DNA from: a virus
Lineage: Duplodnaviria; Caudoviricetes
Virus record (IMG/VR): IMGVR_UViG_3300042935_000900
Coordinates: 310-64,309 of that record
Direction: 5' to 3' (one strand)
Length of the DNA: 64,000 bases
The position numbers were made by a program, and so were the translations under genes. This document shows, piece by piece, positions 1 through 9,525 of the stretch (within the stretch, counting starts at the first letter, position 1; the number at the start of each line of letters is the position of its first letter). The notes beneath the pieces are model-generated. The model searched no databases. It was not told the DNA's origin and worked only from the letters and a program-made list of their open reading frames with translations.

Positions 1-683
1 CTTTAGGACCACAAGGACCTCAAGGTGCAACTGGACCAACAGGTGCTCAAGGAACTGTTGGTACATTAGGTGCTCAAGGAACCGCAGGTGCAACTGGTGC
101 TCAAGGTCTTACAGGCCCTGTCGCTGGAGCTGCAAACCAAGTGGTTTATAAAGACTCAGGAAATACCGTGACAGGAAGTAACAATCTTACATTTGACGGT
201 ACCAGATTAGACACTAGAGAGCTTATAACAGGTATCGGTAATTTTACAATAGCCCCGGATGCGGGTAATTATCCAGGATATGGAACTGCTGTTATTAAAG
301 CTGGTCAACCGATAATGATACAAGATGGTGACATGCAAACACCTATGCCAATGATGTGGGATTTAGGACCGGGTAATGGTATAGGTTATCAAATATCTTC
401 TATTAGATTTAAAGAAAATGTCCAAGACGTTGTTTTAAATTTAGAGGACTTTTTATCTAGAACAGCTAAGACTTATACAACTAAAGGATCTAAAAGACCA
501 GATATTGGTTTTATTGCCGAAGAATGGGTTAACTTTGATGAGAGATTAATTGCAAGAGATGGTGATGGTTTAATCATGACATTACATTATGATAAAATGA
601 CACCTTATTTGTACGAAGCTGTTAAAGCATTACGCAATGAGATTACAGAATTAAAAGCAGAAATTGCTTTATTAAAACAATAA
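1..683 (+). CDS. 5'-truncated collagen-like tail fibre protein with C-terminal peptidase S74 intramolecular chaperone
   Basis: Frame is open from nt 3 with Gly-X-Y repeats ([17 protein letters not shown]...) continuing into the 141..683 ORF. C-terminal SSIRFKENV, DIGFIAEE and LHYDKMTPYLYEAVKAL plus coiled coil are S74 motifs. Confidence 0.85.
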   Translation, partial: LGPQGPQGATGPTGAQGTVGTLGAQGTAGATGAQGLTGPVAGAANQVVYKDSGNTVTGSNNLTFDGTRLDTRELITGIGNFTIAPDAGNYPGYGTAVIKAGQPIMIQDGDMQTPMPMMWDLGPGNGIGYQISSIRFKENVQDVVLNLEDFLSRTAKTYTTKGSKRPDIGFIAEEWVNFDERLIARDGDGLIMTLHYDKMTPYLYEAVKALRNEITELKAEIALLKQ

Positions 684-702
684 GAAAATATATTTAAATA
701 AA

Positions 703-1167
703 ATGGCAATAACTAGAATAAGTCTTCCAGATTCTTCAACATTAGATGCATCGTTAAAATTTGCAAGTACTGATTTAACGACGATAACTAATAAAATTCT
801 CAAGTCTGCAAGATCTGGAGTTAATAAACCAGTTAGCTATGCAGCTGATGAAGAATACACCAACCTTTATAAAGTTGGACCTGTTCTTAGAGATACAGTT
901 GATGGTGTTAAGAAATTAGAAGTTCAAGTACAAGCCCTAAGAAATTTCTTAGAAGGACAATTAGGAAGAGATGCATCAACATCAGATTTAACTCCAACTG
1001 TAAGATTTGCAAAATCAGATGGCACTAAAATAACTGTGTTTTTATTTAATGAATCGACTGGAGTAGTTATAGGTACTATAGATACTATTAATATAAAAAC
1101 ATTTAATATAGGCACCAACTATAAAATTGTTCAAAACGGAACAGACCTAGAATTTAGATACTCATAA
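703..1167 (+). CDS. hypothetical protein, probably fibre-associated
   Basis: 154 aa ORF tiling the fibre cluster; no recognised motif. Confidence 0.6.
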   Translation: MAITRISLPDSSTLDASLKFASTDLTTITNKILKSARSGVNKPVSYAADEEYTNLYKVGPVLRDTVDGVKKLEVQVQALRNFLEGQLGRDASTSDLTPTVRFAKSDGTKITVFLFNESTGVVIGTIDTINIKTFNIGTNYKIVQNGTDLEFRYS

Positions 1168-1168
1168 T

Positions 1169-2644
1169 ATGTCAACAAAAGCAATATACACTGAAGCTAA
1201 TAATACTTTTCATTTACCTGAAGGTACATTTGATGAAACGACATCATTGGCTACTGGTGTCAAGGCCATTCTTAAATCAACTGGCGATATGCAAAGTTTG
1301 GCTTTCAATGAAACTTATGATTCATTAGATGCAATAGGATGGCACATTAACGATCAAGGTTATAGATGGTGGAGTGATCCAAATAATCAAGCCTTTGGTA
1401 CTGAATATGGCGGAGGTAATTCAAACTGGGGTATTTACAAACAATCTAATATTTACACAACTGCTAGAAGACATGCTGGAAAGAATGGTTCTTATGGTGT
1501 ACATATTTTTAGATACCCTAATATAAGTTCAGATTCAACATGGGGAGGTTTATCATTATATCCACCTGCGGCATCTAAATTAAGAGGACATACTTATAGA
1601 TTTTCTTTTGATTACCGAGGTTATACAAATGGAAACGATGTTGGTGTTTATCAAAACACTACAGTAGGTTGGGGAGATCTAGGAATTGGATTACCAACTC
1701 CTTGGTGGTATGGTATAGGAGCATTTGATACAGACTGGGATTGGAGAAGATACGAATACGAATATACAATACAAGATGCTTATTTAGATTGGATTCCTGG
1801 ATCAAATTTAACACCATGGAATGCATCTACACAATATAGCGATTGGTATTATGGAGTTCCATATAATGGATATGTTTATAGACATTTAGGTGGATGGCCA
1901 GCTCCAACGATAGGCGTTACTCCTGATTTAGAATTAGGTACAAAATATTATGATAGATTTCCAATGACTGCTGGTTATTTTGATCTTTATAATAATCTTA
2001 AAATAGGATTTAGTTACGAAGCTCAAGGTAATAGAGGCACACACGTTTATATTGATAATATTCAATTAACAGATATTACAACTAATAAGTCTTTTAAATT
2101 AACTCCGAATGGTTGGGAATCTGATAATATGTCAGAAACTACGATGAAGATTGTAGCCAAAGGAACTGCATATCCAGGTATAGACATTGGAAATGGATCA
2201 GATCAATTTGCTGTTGAAGGTCCTAGTTCGCTTTATGTTAATGATACTTTAATTTATAGCGGAGATTCTGGTAGAGGATTAAGATTAACCATTTTTAATG
2301 GAACTAATGCAACACCTGTTTTTGATAGATCTTATGATACTTATGGTGATGATGCTGCAAGAAATCAATTAGCAACTATGTTGGCAACAATTACAAGTGC
2401 ACAAGTATGGGTTCTAACATCTTTTGATGCTATTAATCCAAATGCTATACTAGACAATCAAATGAAAACTATGAAATCAAGACTTTTAGTTAATAATGGT
2501 TCTATTCACTCAGTATACACGGGTGGTGGAGTAAGACATCCTTATGCTGCAGTCGGAAGAGGACAAAGAATTATAAAAGAAGATGGTTCTAATCAATTAG
2601 ATACTGTATACAAAAGAAAAGGAGTAATTGATATTAGAATATGA
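1169..2644 (+). CDS. tail-fibre associated protein with carbohydrate-binding-like region and C-terminal ILEI/GG domain (T4 gp35-like)
   Basis: C-terminal GRGLRLTIFNG, FDRSYDTYGDD, VLTSFDA and RHPYAAVG fit the ILEI/GG domain. Aromatic-rich middle region ending in VYIDNIQL is CBM-like. Confidence 0.6.
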   Translation: MSTKAIYTEANNTFHLPEGTFDETTSLATGVKAILKSTGDMQSLAFNETYDSLDAIGWHINDQGYRWWSDPNNQAFGTEYGGGNSNWGIYKQSNIYTTARRHAGKNGSYGVHIFRYPNISSDSTWGGLSLYPPAASKLRGHTYRFSFDYRGYTNGNDVGVYQNTTVGWGDLGIGLPTPWWYGIGAFDTDWDWRRYEYEYTIQDAYLDWIPGSNLTPWNASTQYSDWYYGVPYNGYVYRHLGGWPAPTIGVTPDLELGTKYYDRFPMTAGYFDLYNNLKIGFSYEAQGNRGTHVYIDNIQLTDITTNKSFKLTPNGWESDNMSETTMKIVAKGTAYPGIDIGNGSDQFAVEGPSSLYVNDTLIYSGDSGRGLRLTIFNGTNATPVFDRSYDTYGDDAARNQLATMLATITSAQVWVLTSFDAINPNAILDNQMKTMKSRLLVNNGSIHSVYTGGGVRHPYAAVGRGQRIIKEDGSNQLDTVYKRKGVIDIRI

Positions 2645-2805
2645 CACAATTAGAACACATAACTACAGAATTAAATTTTATTAATTGGACAATAGGACAG
2701 GCTTCTACAGAAGAATCACGTCAATTACTAGAAGATAAATATAAAACAAAGATTCAACAAATTCTTAATGAAATTGAATTGTTAAAACAGAATAATAATA
2801 AATAA
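2641..2805 (+). CDS. small hypothetical protein (54 aa, absent from ORF track)
   Basis: ATG 2641 overlaps the upstream stop (ATGA) and TAA 2803-2805 overlaps the next ATG; [13 protein letters not shown]...LLKQNNNK. Confidence 0.65.
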   Translation: MTQLEHITTELNFINWTIGQASTEESRQLLEDKYKTKIQQILNEIELLKQNNNK

Positions 2806-5390
2806 TGGCTACACTTAAGATAGGTACTACAATTGGTGGAAATGAAGTTTTACATATAGGTAACTTTGTTCCTGGCAATTACCCTCAATTTATTGGTGCT
2901 CAAGGTGCAACAGGACCTCAAGGTGCTACTGGACCTCAGGGTGCTACTGGACCAACAGGTGCTCAAGGAACGATAGGTAATACTGGACCACAAGGTGCAA
3001 CAGGACCTCAGGGTGGAACTGGTGCAACAGGCGCTCAAGGTGCTTTAGGACCACAAGGACCACAAGGAAATATTGGAAATACTGGACCACAAGGTGCTCA
3101 AGGAACAATAGGTAATACTGGACCACAAGGTGGAACTGGTGCAACAGGTGCTCAAGGTGCTAGAGGTGCTCAAGGTGATCGTGGGGCAACAGGTGCTCAA
3201 GGTTCTGCTGGAACTAATGGAACTAACGGTGCTCAAGGTGCTTTAGGACCTCAAGGTGGAACTGGTGCAACTGGTGCTCAAGGTGCTTTAGGACCTCAAG
3301 GTGGAACTGGACCAACAGGTGCTCAAGGTGCTTTAGGACCTCAAGGCGGAACTGGACCAACAGGTGCTCAAGGTGCCCGTGGTGCTCAAGGTGATCGCGG
3401 GGCAACAGGTGCTCAAGGTGCTGCTGGAAGTAATGGTGCTCAAGGTGCTTTAGGACCTCAAGGTGGTGGCGGTGCTACAGGTGCTCAAGGAGCTTTAGGA
3501 CCACAAGGACCTCAAGGAAATATTGGAAATACAGGACCTCAAGGTGGCGGTGGTGCTACAGGTGCTCAAGGTGACCGCGGGGCAACAGGTGCTCAAGGAG
3601 CTTTAGGACCTCAAGGACCTCAAGGAAATATTGGAAATACAGGACCTCAAGGTGGCGGTGGTGCTACAGGTGCTCAAGGAGCAAAAGGTGATGTTGGACC
3701 TCAAGGTGGAACTGGATTACAAGGTGGAACTGGACCTCAGGGTGGCGGTGGTGCTACAGGTGCTCAGGGTGCAATTGGACCAGTTGATTACTCAACAATA
3801 TCTGCGCCATGGGCATTAACTGGTGGAGGGTCTGTAACATGGTCTGGCAATGTATTAACTGTAAATGCTCGTATAATTGCCATACCTTTAAATAAATCGC
3901 TTGCTAGTAATGGATATTTTGATATAGGACCTTTTAATACAAGCATCCCATCGTGGAATACTCTATTCTATGTACCGCCTTCTGGTACAGATAATACATA
4001 TAAGCCTGCTAGTTTAGTATTAAAGGCATATACTGATAATCAGATAATTGCTGCAAATTGGATTCCAATCGCAACACATAATGGAGACGATTCTAGTTTA
4101 AGATACATTCCAGGATTTACATCTATACCGCCTGATGGAACTTATACTTCTTCGGGTGCTTCTAGATCATGGGCTGTTGGACCTCAAGGTTCTAAGGGCT
4201 CAACCGGAGATAAAGGTGCTGTTGGACCTCAAGGTGGAACTGGATTACAAGGTGGAACTGGACCTCAAGGTGCAACTGGACCTCAAGGTGGAACTGGATT
4301 ACAAGGACCTCAAGGAATAAAAGGTGATGTTGGACCACAAGGTGGAACTGGATTACAAGGTGGAACTGGACCTCAAGGTTTACAAGGTGGAGCAGGAACA
4401 GCTGGTACTAAAGGTGCAACTGGAGATAAAGGTGCAACTGGAAATACAGGTGGAACTGGACCAACAGGTATTGGAGTTGCTTCAGCTTCTGTTGCTGCTG
4501 GTAAATTAACAATATCACTTACTAACGATACTATTCCTATTAATGCTGTTAACGTAACTGGACCGACTGGATCACCAGGAACTAATGGAACTAATGGAAC
4601 TAACGGAACTCCAGGAGATAAAGGTGCAACCGGTGCTCCTGGATCAAATGGAACTCCCGGATCAAATGGAACTCCCGGATCAAATGGAACTCCCGGATCA
4701 AATGGAACTAATGGTTCAGCAGGAACTTCATTTACTTGGAGAGGAACTTATGTTAATGCTACTACATATAATCCAAGGGATACAGTTTACTATTTAGGAA
4801 GTACATACGTTTGTATACAACAAACTTTACAAAATCAAAATCCAACATATACTGAATTTTGGCAATTATCGTCTGCTAAAGGTGATGCTGGATCTACTGG
4901 TGCTCCTGGATCAAATGGTTCTAATGGAACTCCAGGTTCAAATGGAACTCCAGGTTCTAATGGAACGCCAGGTGCTAAAGGAGATACTGGTGCTGGCGGA
5001 ACTCCAGGTTCAAATGGAACTCCCGGAACAAACGGAGCTAAAGGTGAACCAGGAACTAATGGAACTAATGGAACTCCAGGTGGAACTGGACCTACTGGAC
5101 CTGCTGGACCTCAAGGTTTACAAGGAGCTACTGGACCTGCTGGAACTAATGGATCTCCAGGATATGGTTATACTGGACCTACAGGCCCTCCAGGCCCTCC
5201 AGGAAGTGGCGGCGGCGGAACTGGTACACCAGGTTGGACAATCGTATCACAAGAAGAAATTATGGATTATCCTGGACCTCCTATGATGCTTTACACAATT
5301 AATACTGGTGTGGTTGACACACAACAACCAGCGTTACCTGAAGGAGGCCCGTATATAATGCTTCGTCTTTATGGATCAACGGCTCGCTAA
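2805..5390 (+). CDS. collagen triple-helix repeat fibre protein
   Basis: Four Gly-X-Y blocks (about 2895-3785, 4179-4475, 4560-4730, 4881-5205) separated by globular inserts, including a CBM-like FTWRGTY...Y...[12 protein letters not shown] module. Confidence 0.9.
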   Translation: MATLKIGTTIGGNEVLHIGNFVPGNYPQFIGAQGATGPQGATGPQGATGPTGAQGTIGNTGPQGATGPQGGTGATGAQGALGPQGPQGNIGNTGPQGAQGTIGNTGPQGGTGATGAQGARGAQGDRGATGAQGSAGTNGTNGAQGALGPQGGTGATGAQGALGPQGGTGPTGAQGALGPQGGTGPTGAQGARGAQGDRGATGAQGAAGSNGAQGALGPQGGGGATGAQGALGPQGPQGNIGNTGPQGGGGATGAQGDRGATGAQGALGPQGPQGNIGNTGPQGGGGATGAQGAKGDVGPQGGTGLQGGTGPQGGGGATGAQGAIGPVDYSTISAPWALTGGGSVTWSGNVLTVNARIIAIPLNKSLASNGYFDIGPFNTSIPSWNTLFYVPPSGTDNTYKPASLVLKAYTDNQIIAANWIPIATHNGDDSSLRYIPGFTSIPPDGTYTSSGASRSWAVGPQGSKGSTGDKGAVGPQGGTGLQGGTGPQGATGPQGGTGLQGPQGIKGDVGPQGGTGLQGGTGPQGLQGGAGTAGTKGATGDKGATGNTGGTGPTGIGVASASVAAGKLTISLTNDTIPINAVNVTGPTGSPGTNGTNGTNGTPGDKGATGAPGSNGTPGSNGTPGSNGTPGSNGTNGSAGTSFTWRGTYVNATTYNPRDTVYYLGSTYVCIQQTLQNQNPTYTEFWQLSSAKGDAGSTGAPGSNGSNGTPGSNGTPGSNGTPGAKGDTGAGGTPGSNGTPGTNGAKGEPGTNGTNGTPGGTGPTGPAGPQGLQGATGPAGTNGSPGYGYTGPTGPPGPPGSGGGGTGTPGWTIVSQEEIMDYPGPPMMLYTINTGVVDTQQPALPEGGPYIMLRLYGSTAR
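4641..4709 (+). repeat. 18-nt tandem repeat GGATCAAATGGAACTCCC, about 3.8 copies, encoding GSNGTP
   Basis: Identical copies read directly in the sequence. Confidence 0.9.
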
Positions 5391-5416
5391 ATCAATTATA
5401 AAAATAAATTAAAATA

Positions 5417-5665
5417 ATGGCAACGACTACAATTAATATTAATCAAGTAACAATACTTGGTAAAACTGCAACTAAATTAGTTATAGCTCCAATTTTTTAT
5501 ACCCTAAATTCAACTGGTGTAAGTATTGGTTATGAATTAAGAAACAGTGATGACGCGTTTATTGTTTCAGGTAGAACTGTAATTTCAGATATTTCTACTT
5601 GGGGTACAGATGATTCTGTTCTTATTGGTGCAATCTTAACGGCTTTGTCTTTGACAAAAGCTTAA
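5417..5665 (+). CDS. small hypothetical protein, probably fibre-associated
   Basis: 82 aa ORF after the collagen gene, with A-rich leader. Confidence 0.6.
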   Translation: MATTTININQVTILGKTATKLVIAPIFYTLNSTGVSIGYELRNSDDAFIVSGRTVISDISTWGTDDSVLIGAILTALSLTKA

Positions 5666-5667
5666 TT

Positions 5668-5697
5668 GAAACTTCGTTCTGGAAATTCGTATAAATA
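5668..5697 (+). promoter_or_regulatory. overlapping GAAAC-N16-GTATAA promoter and TATAAATA (T4 late-type) box
   Basis: GAAAC 5668-5672, GTATAA 5689-5694, TATAAATA 5690-5697, upstream of the oxygenase/GT operon. Confidence 0.6.
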
Positions 5698-5712
5698 GAC
5701 AAAGACATTTAT

Positions 5713-6300
5713 ATGAATTTCCAGCAACAAACTAATGATTCGCAAAACTTTTATTGGTATAAACAAGGTTTTACCAAAGAAGAATTAGACAAAATTTACA
5801 ATGATGTAGCTCAGTTACCATTTGAAAAAGCTACAATCTTAGGTGAAGACAATACTGAAGCTATTAAAGCTATTAGAAGTTCTTCAATCAAATGGATTCC
5901 CAAAGATCAAAATTGGCAATGGCTTTATGATAAGCTAATGAATATGGCACTAGAAGCTAATAATTCTTTATGGCATTTTGATCTAATCTCAGTTGATGAG
6001 AAAATACAATACACAGAATATTATGATAATGCCGATGGTCATTATACTTGGCATCAAGATATTGGTGGTGGAAGTGCTAGCAGACGTAAAGTTTCTATTA
6101 CAGTTCAATTATCAGATCCTGAAGAATACCAAGGTGGTGATTTAGAAATGTGGCAAGGTGGAGAATCTGTTGTCAAATCTGCAAGAGGCGCAGGAGTTGT
6201 TTTTATTTTTCCAAGTTACATGATGCACAGAGTTACTAAAGTAACCAAAGGAACTCGTCGTTCTTTTGTATTATGGGTCGGTGGTCAACATTATCGTTAA
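5713..6300 (+). CDS. 2OG-Fe(II) oxygenase (PKHD/prolyl 4-hydroxylase-like)
   Basis: YTWHQD (HxD), RKVSITVQL, EYQGGDL, FPSYMMHRV and RRSFVLW carry the Fe and 2OG ligands. Confidence 0.9.
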   Translation: MNFQQQTNDSQNFYWYKQGFTKEELDKIYNDVAQLPFEKATILGEDNTEAIKAIRSSSIKWIPKDQNWQWLYDKLMNMALEANNSLWHFDLISVDEKIQYTEYYDNADGHYTWHQDIGGGSASRRKVSITVQLSDPEEYQGGDLEMWQGGESVVKSARGAGVVFIFPSYMMHRVTKVTKGTRRSFVLWVGGQHYR

Positions 6301-7322
6301 TGCGAATATTAATTTACGTAGGATACCAATCACAGCCATTTAATGGCTCGACAATTTCATCACTAGGTTTAGGTGGAACTGAGCAAGCTTGTACATATTT
6401 AGCAAATGAATTAGCTAAACTTGGACACGATGTCCAAGTAAGTGGCCAAGTTATCAAAGAAACCCACAAGAACGTTGTATGGAATGATGAGATTTCAAAT
6501 ACTCATTTTGATGTGGTTATTGCTGCAAGTTACATACACTATATTCCAGAACTAGCTGAAAGAAATGTTACTTATACCAAGTCATATTTCTGGGTTCACA
6601 ATGAGGATTTCTTTCCTTGGTGGAAAGGTGAAGCTTTACCAGAAAACGGTGCTTTATTCTTAGCAGATGCCAGATTAACTGGAATTATTTGTTTAACTGA
6701 ATGGCACGCAAATCAATTTAAAGAAGCCTATAATATTATTAAGCCTATTTATATCATAGGCAATGGCATTGATTCATCTACATTTCCAGCAGCTAAGAAA
6801 AACCACAATCATTTCATTTATTCATCAGCAGCTGAAAGAGGTTTGGAATCTCTTTTGAAATGTTGGCCAGCAATCAAATCATTTTGGCCTAATGCAATCC
6901 TAAAAGTATTTTCACCAGCTTATGCAAGTAGCAAAGACATCGTTAGACGATATGGAAAAGCTGGCGTGCAATTTTATGGCACGGTCGATCAAACAACTTT
7001 ACATAAGCACATGGAAGAGAGTCAATTTTGGCTGCATCCAACTGAGTATAAAGAAACTTACTGTATTACTGCATTAGAGATGCAGATGTGTGGTGTGGTA
7101 CCTATTACATCAAACCTTGCGGCATTAAATGAAACAGTTGGTGAGCGAGGCTTTTTAGTTTCGCATGAAACAAATGGCTTAGTGCCATATATAAACATTA
7201 TATCTAATCTTATGCATTCGAAAGAATTGGTAAAGACATATTCTGACAAAGGTCGAGCATGGGCAAAATGCCAAACATGGAGAATGAGAGCATTAGAATG
7301 GAACAAATTATTACAGTCATGA
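6300..7322 (+). CDS. GT-B glycosyltransferase, GT4/Glycos_transf_1-like
   Basis: GLGGTEQ, IIGNGID, YSSAAERGL and ETYCITALE (EX7E). Start placed at ATG 6300 (TAATG coupling) rather than 6273. Confidence 0.88.
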   Translation: MRILIYVGYQSQPFNGSTISSLGLGGTEQACTYLANELAKLGHDVQVSGQVIKETHKNVVWNDEISNTHFDVVIAASYIHYIPELAERNVTYTKSYFWVHNEDFFPWWKGEALPENGALFLADARLTGIICLTEWHANQFKEAYNIIKPIYIIGNGIDSSTFPAAKKNHNHFIYSSAAERGLESLLKCWPAIKSFWPNAILKVFSPAYASSKDIVRRYGKAGVQFYGTVDQTTLHKHMEESQFWLHPTEYKETYCITALEMQMCGVVPITSNLAALNETVGERGFLVSHETNGLVPYINIISNLMHSKELVKTYSDKGRAWAKCQTWRMRALEWNKLLQS

Positions 7323-8617
7323 AAATAGATCAAGTTTACATAATTAATCTAAAATCTTCTAGATCTGATATAGAAACTAGAATTAATCAATTGGGTTTAC
7401 CAGAAAATACGCCATTCTTTATAATGAATGCTATAGATGGTATGACAGCCGAATCACAATTTGGGCCACATAAACTTTATCCACACTGGAAGATTGAATC
7501 AGACAATAAGTGGTGGAATAGAGACCTAACTCCCGGAGAAATTGGGTGTTCTTTAAGTCACATAGCCGTATGGAAAGATGCTTTATTAAAAGACTTTAAA
7601 AATATTTTAGTTTTAGAAGAAGACTTTTTATCAAATGGATCTTTGGCTTTAAAGGATTTAAAGTTACCGACAAAATATGATTTGCTTTATTTGGGTAGAA
7701 ACAAAGTTGATGAATCAATAGCAGAAGACGAGGTTCTAGATATTTTCTATATGCCTTCTTATAGTTATAATTCACATGCTTATGTGTTAAACAAATCCGG
7801 TATTAAAAAACTAGCTGCTTGTAATTTACAGGATAATATTATCCCAGTTGATGAGTTTTTATCTACAACATTTTGTTTGCATCCAAGACAAGACCTTAGA
7901 CACTTATTTGGAGATCCTAAAATATATGCTTTGACATTAAAAAATCAGGCCATTGGTCAAATACCTCTTAATATTCGCCCATCAACAATCGAAGTTAATA
8001 AACCTAAATATGATATTTTGGATGCTTCTGATTGGAATCTTTGGAAATCTAAGTACATCGATAAGGTTATGGCAAGAGGTGAATATGATCTGTTAGTAGA
8101 TGAGATTGGACCTCAGTATAGCAATATCTTTGAGTTTCCGCTATTTACGCAATTGTTCTGCGATGAATTGATTGCGATGGCTGAAGCTGAAAATAAATGG
8201 ACTGAAGGTCGACATGAGTTTTATCCAACGAACGATGTTCTTTTAAATGAATTAGGCTTAGGTGATATTTACAAAAGAGTTATCAGAGAAATTGTAACTC
8301 CATTAGCAACCCATATTTGGAAATTAGAAGGAGCATGGTTAGCAAATCCAACTGATGAAACATTTATGATTAAGTATTCAATGGACAAACAAGGTCACCT
8401 TTCATTACATCACGATCATAGTTACTTTACATGTGGCGTTAGATTAAATGATGAGTTTGAAGGAGGTGGAACTTATTTCCCAAAATATGGTGTTTGTGTA
8501 ACTCCTAGAAGAAATGGCAATGCCTTCTTACACCCTGGAGCAATAACACATAAACATGGTGCAAGACCAATTCACGCGGGTATTCGTTATATTATAGTTT
8601 CATTTATTAGACCGTAA
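7319..8617 (+). CDS. fusion of GT25 (procollagen galactosyltransferase COLGALT-like) and PLOD-type lysyl hydroxylase domain
   Basis: N-half: VYIINL, AIDG, LTPGEIGCSLSH, LVLEED, YDLLYLGR, HAYV, IIPVDEFL. C-half: FPLFT..FCDELI, PTND, FMIKY, HHDHS, FEGGG..F, LHPG.ITH.H, RYIIVSF. Start at ATG 7319 (ATGA coupling). Confidence 0.88.
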   Translation: MKIDQVYIINLKSSRSDIETRINQLGLPENTPFFIMNAIDGMTAESQFGPHKLYPHWKIESDNKWWNRDLTPGEIGCSLSHIAVWKDALLKDFKNILVLEEDFLSNGSLALKDLKLPTKYDLLYLGRNKVDESIAEDEVLDIFYMPSYSYNSHAYVLNKSGIKKLAACNLQDNIIPVDEFLSTTFCLHPRQDLRHLFGDPKIYALTLKNQAIGQIPLNIRPSTIEVNKPKYDILDASDWNLWKSKYIDKVMARGEYDLLVDEIGPQYSNIFEFPLFTQLFCDELIAMAEAENKWTEGRHEFYPTNDVLLNELGLGDIYKRVIREIVTPLATHIWKLEGAWLANPTDETFMIKYSMDKQGHLSLHHDHSYFTCGVRLNDEFEGGGTYFPKYGVCVTPRRNGNAFLHPGAITHKHGARPIHAGIRYIIVSFIRP

Positions 8618-8619
8618 GT

Positions 8620-9045
8620 ATGGAATTTCAAGAAGATTTAAAAGGCAACAGAATTAGCCCAGTTTTAAACAATGGCGTAAAGAATTTTATCATTGATATA
8701 GATGGAACTATATGTGATGATATTCCAAACGAAGAATCATGGAGAATGGTCACTGCGCTTGAATTGCCCGGTGCAAAAGACTCTATCAACAGATGGTACG
8801 ACAATGGCCACATCATTACGTTTTTTACAGCAAGAACAGAAGAGCACAGACAAGTAACTGAAACTTGGTTAAAACAACATGGCTTTGATTATCATGCTTT
8901 GATCATGAATAAACCAAGAGGTGGTAATTATATTGTCATAGACAATCACATGTTTGTGGCAAGTCATTATCAAGGTGATTGGGATCAAGTTAAGACAGAA
9001 GTAAACAGTGCTCATTCAGAGCCATACGAGTTTAAATTTCATTGA
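8620..9045 (+). CDS. HAD-superfamily phosphatase
   Basis: DIDGT motif I, FFTAR motif II, KPRGG and IDN. Confidence 0.8.
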   Translation: MEFQEDLKGNRISPVLNNGVKNFIIDIDGTICDDIPNEESWRMVTALELPGAKDSINRWYDNGHIITFFTARTEEHRQVTETWLKQHGFDYHALIMNKPRGGNYIVIDNHMFVASHYQGDWDQVKTEVNSAHSEPYEFKFH

Positions 9046-9051
9046 TAAATA
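9044..9051 (+). promoter_or_regulatory. late-type promoter GATAAATA, 4 nt before ATG
   Basis: GATAAATA-gatt-ATG(9056). Confidence 0.55.
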
Positions 9052-9055
9052 GATT

Positions 9056-9298
9056 ATGAACGATATTGACATGAAGTGTTTTATGATTAGTGTATTCATC
9101 CACCACATGGATGTTGATATGCTATTTGATTTTCTTCATGAGAGGGTGAAATCTCCACCACCTTATTGGCACAGCGAAACAAGTTGTCCGCCATCAGTTT
9201 CTGGAGGATATGTTATGGTCACTTTAAATTACAGCCAATTTGATTTGTTGAGAGGTCAAAGAAGTTGGGATTTTGGCGAGTTTGACAAAAACAATTAA
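9056..9298 (+). CDS. hypothetical protein
   Basis: 80 aa ORF directly after a promoter motif. Confidence 0.6.
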   Translation: MNDIDMKCFMISVFIHHMDVDMLFDFLHERVKSPPPYWHSETSCPPSVSGGYVMVTLNYSQFDLLRGQRSWDFGEFDKNN

Positions 9299-9311
9299 AT
9301 TAAATTAAATT

Positions 9312-9419
9312 ATGGAAAAAGAAAGAAGCAAATACCTTTTAAACGTAGAAGGTAAAAAATTCAGAGCAAACACAATGCTAGAATTGATTTTCAAGGTTCT
9401 AAGAAAAAAACATTCTTAA
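9312..9419 (+). CDS. small basic hypothetical protein (35 aa, absent from ORF track)
   Basis: MEKERSKYLLNVEGKKFRANTMLELIFKVLRKKHS, preceded by TTAAA repeats. Confidence 0.45.
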   Translation: MEKERSKYLLNVEGKKFRANTMLELIFKVLRKKHS

Positions 9420-9421
9420 AT

Positions 9422-9447
9422 AAACCTTTTCGATCCTCTGTGTATAA
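9422..9447 (+). promoter_or_regulatory. AAAC-N16-GTATAA promoter
   Basis: Recurring bipartite motif, upstream of the exonuclease. Confidence 0.6.
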
Positions 9448-9468
9448 TACACAAGATCTGATAAAAAC

Positions 9469-9498
9469 AAAGCCAAGGTCTTAGATCTTGGCTTTTTT
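9469..9498 (+). terminator. intrinsic terminator-like hairpin
   Basis: AAAGCCAAGGTC-tta-GATCTTGGCTTT followed by a T run. Confidence 0.65.
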
Positions 9499-9525
9499 AT
9501 TGGACCCAACTTAAAAATTTAAAGT

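Noticed and set aside
2895-5205. Dense short nucleotide repeats as a possible CRISPR array or DGR
   Set aside because: Repeats are in-frame collagen codons with no repeat-spacer periodicity, and no cas or reverse transcriptase gene is present
2850-5286. Short alternative-frame and minus-strand ORFs within the collagen gene
   Set aside because: Shadow frames produced by the repetitive Gly-X-Y codons
6273-7318. ORF-track starts at 6273 and 7259
   Set aside because: Coupled ATGs at 6300 and 7319 match the domain starts and avoid long overlaps
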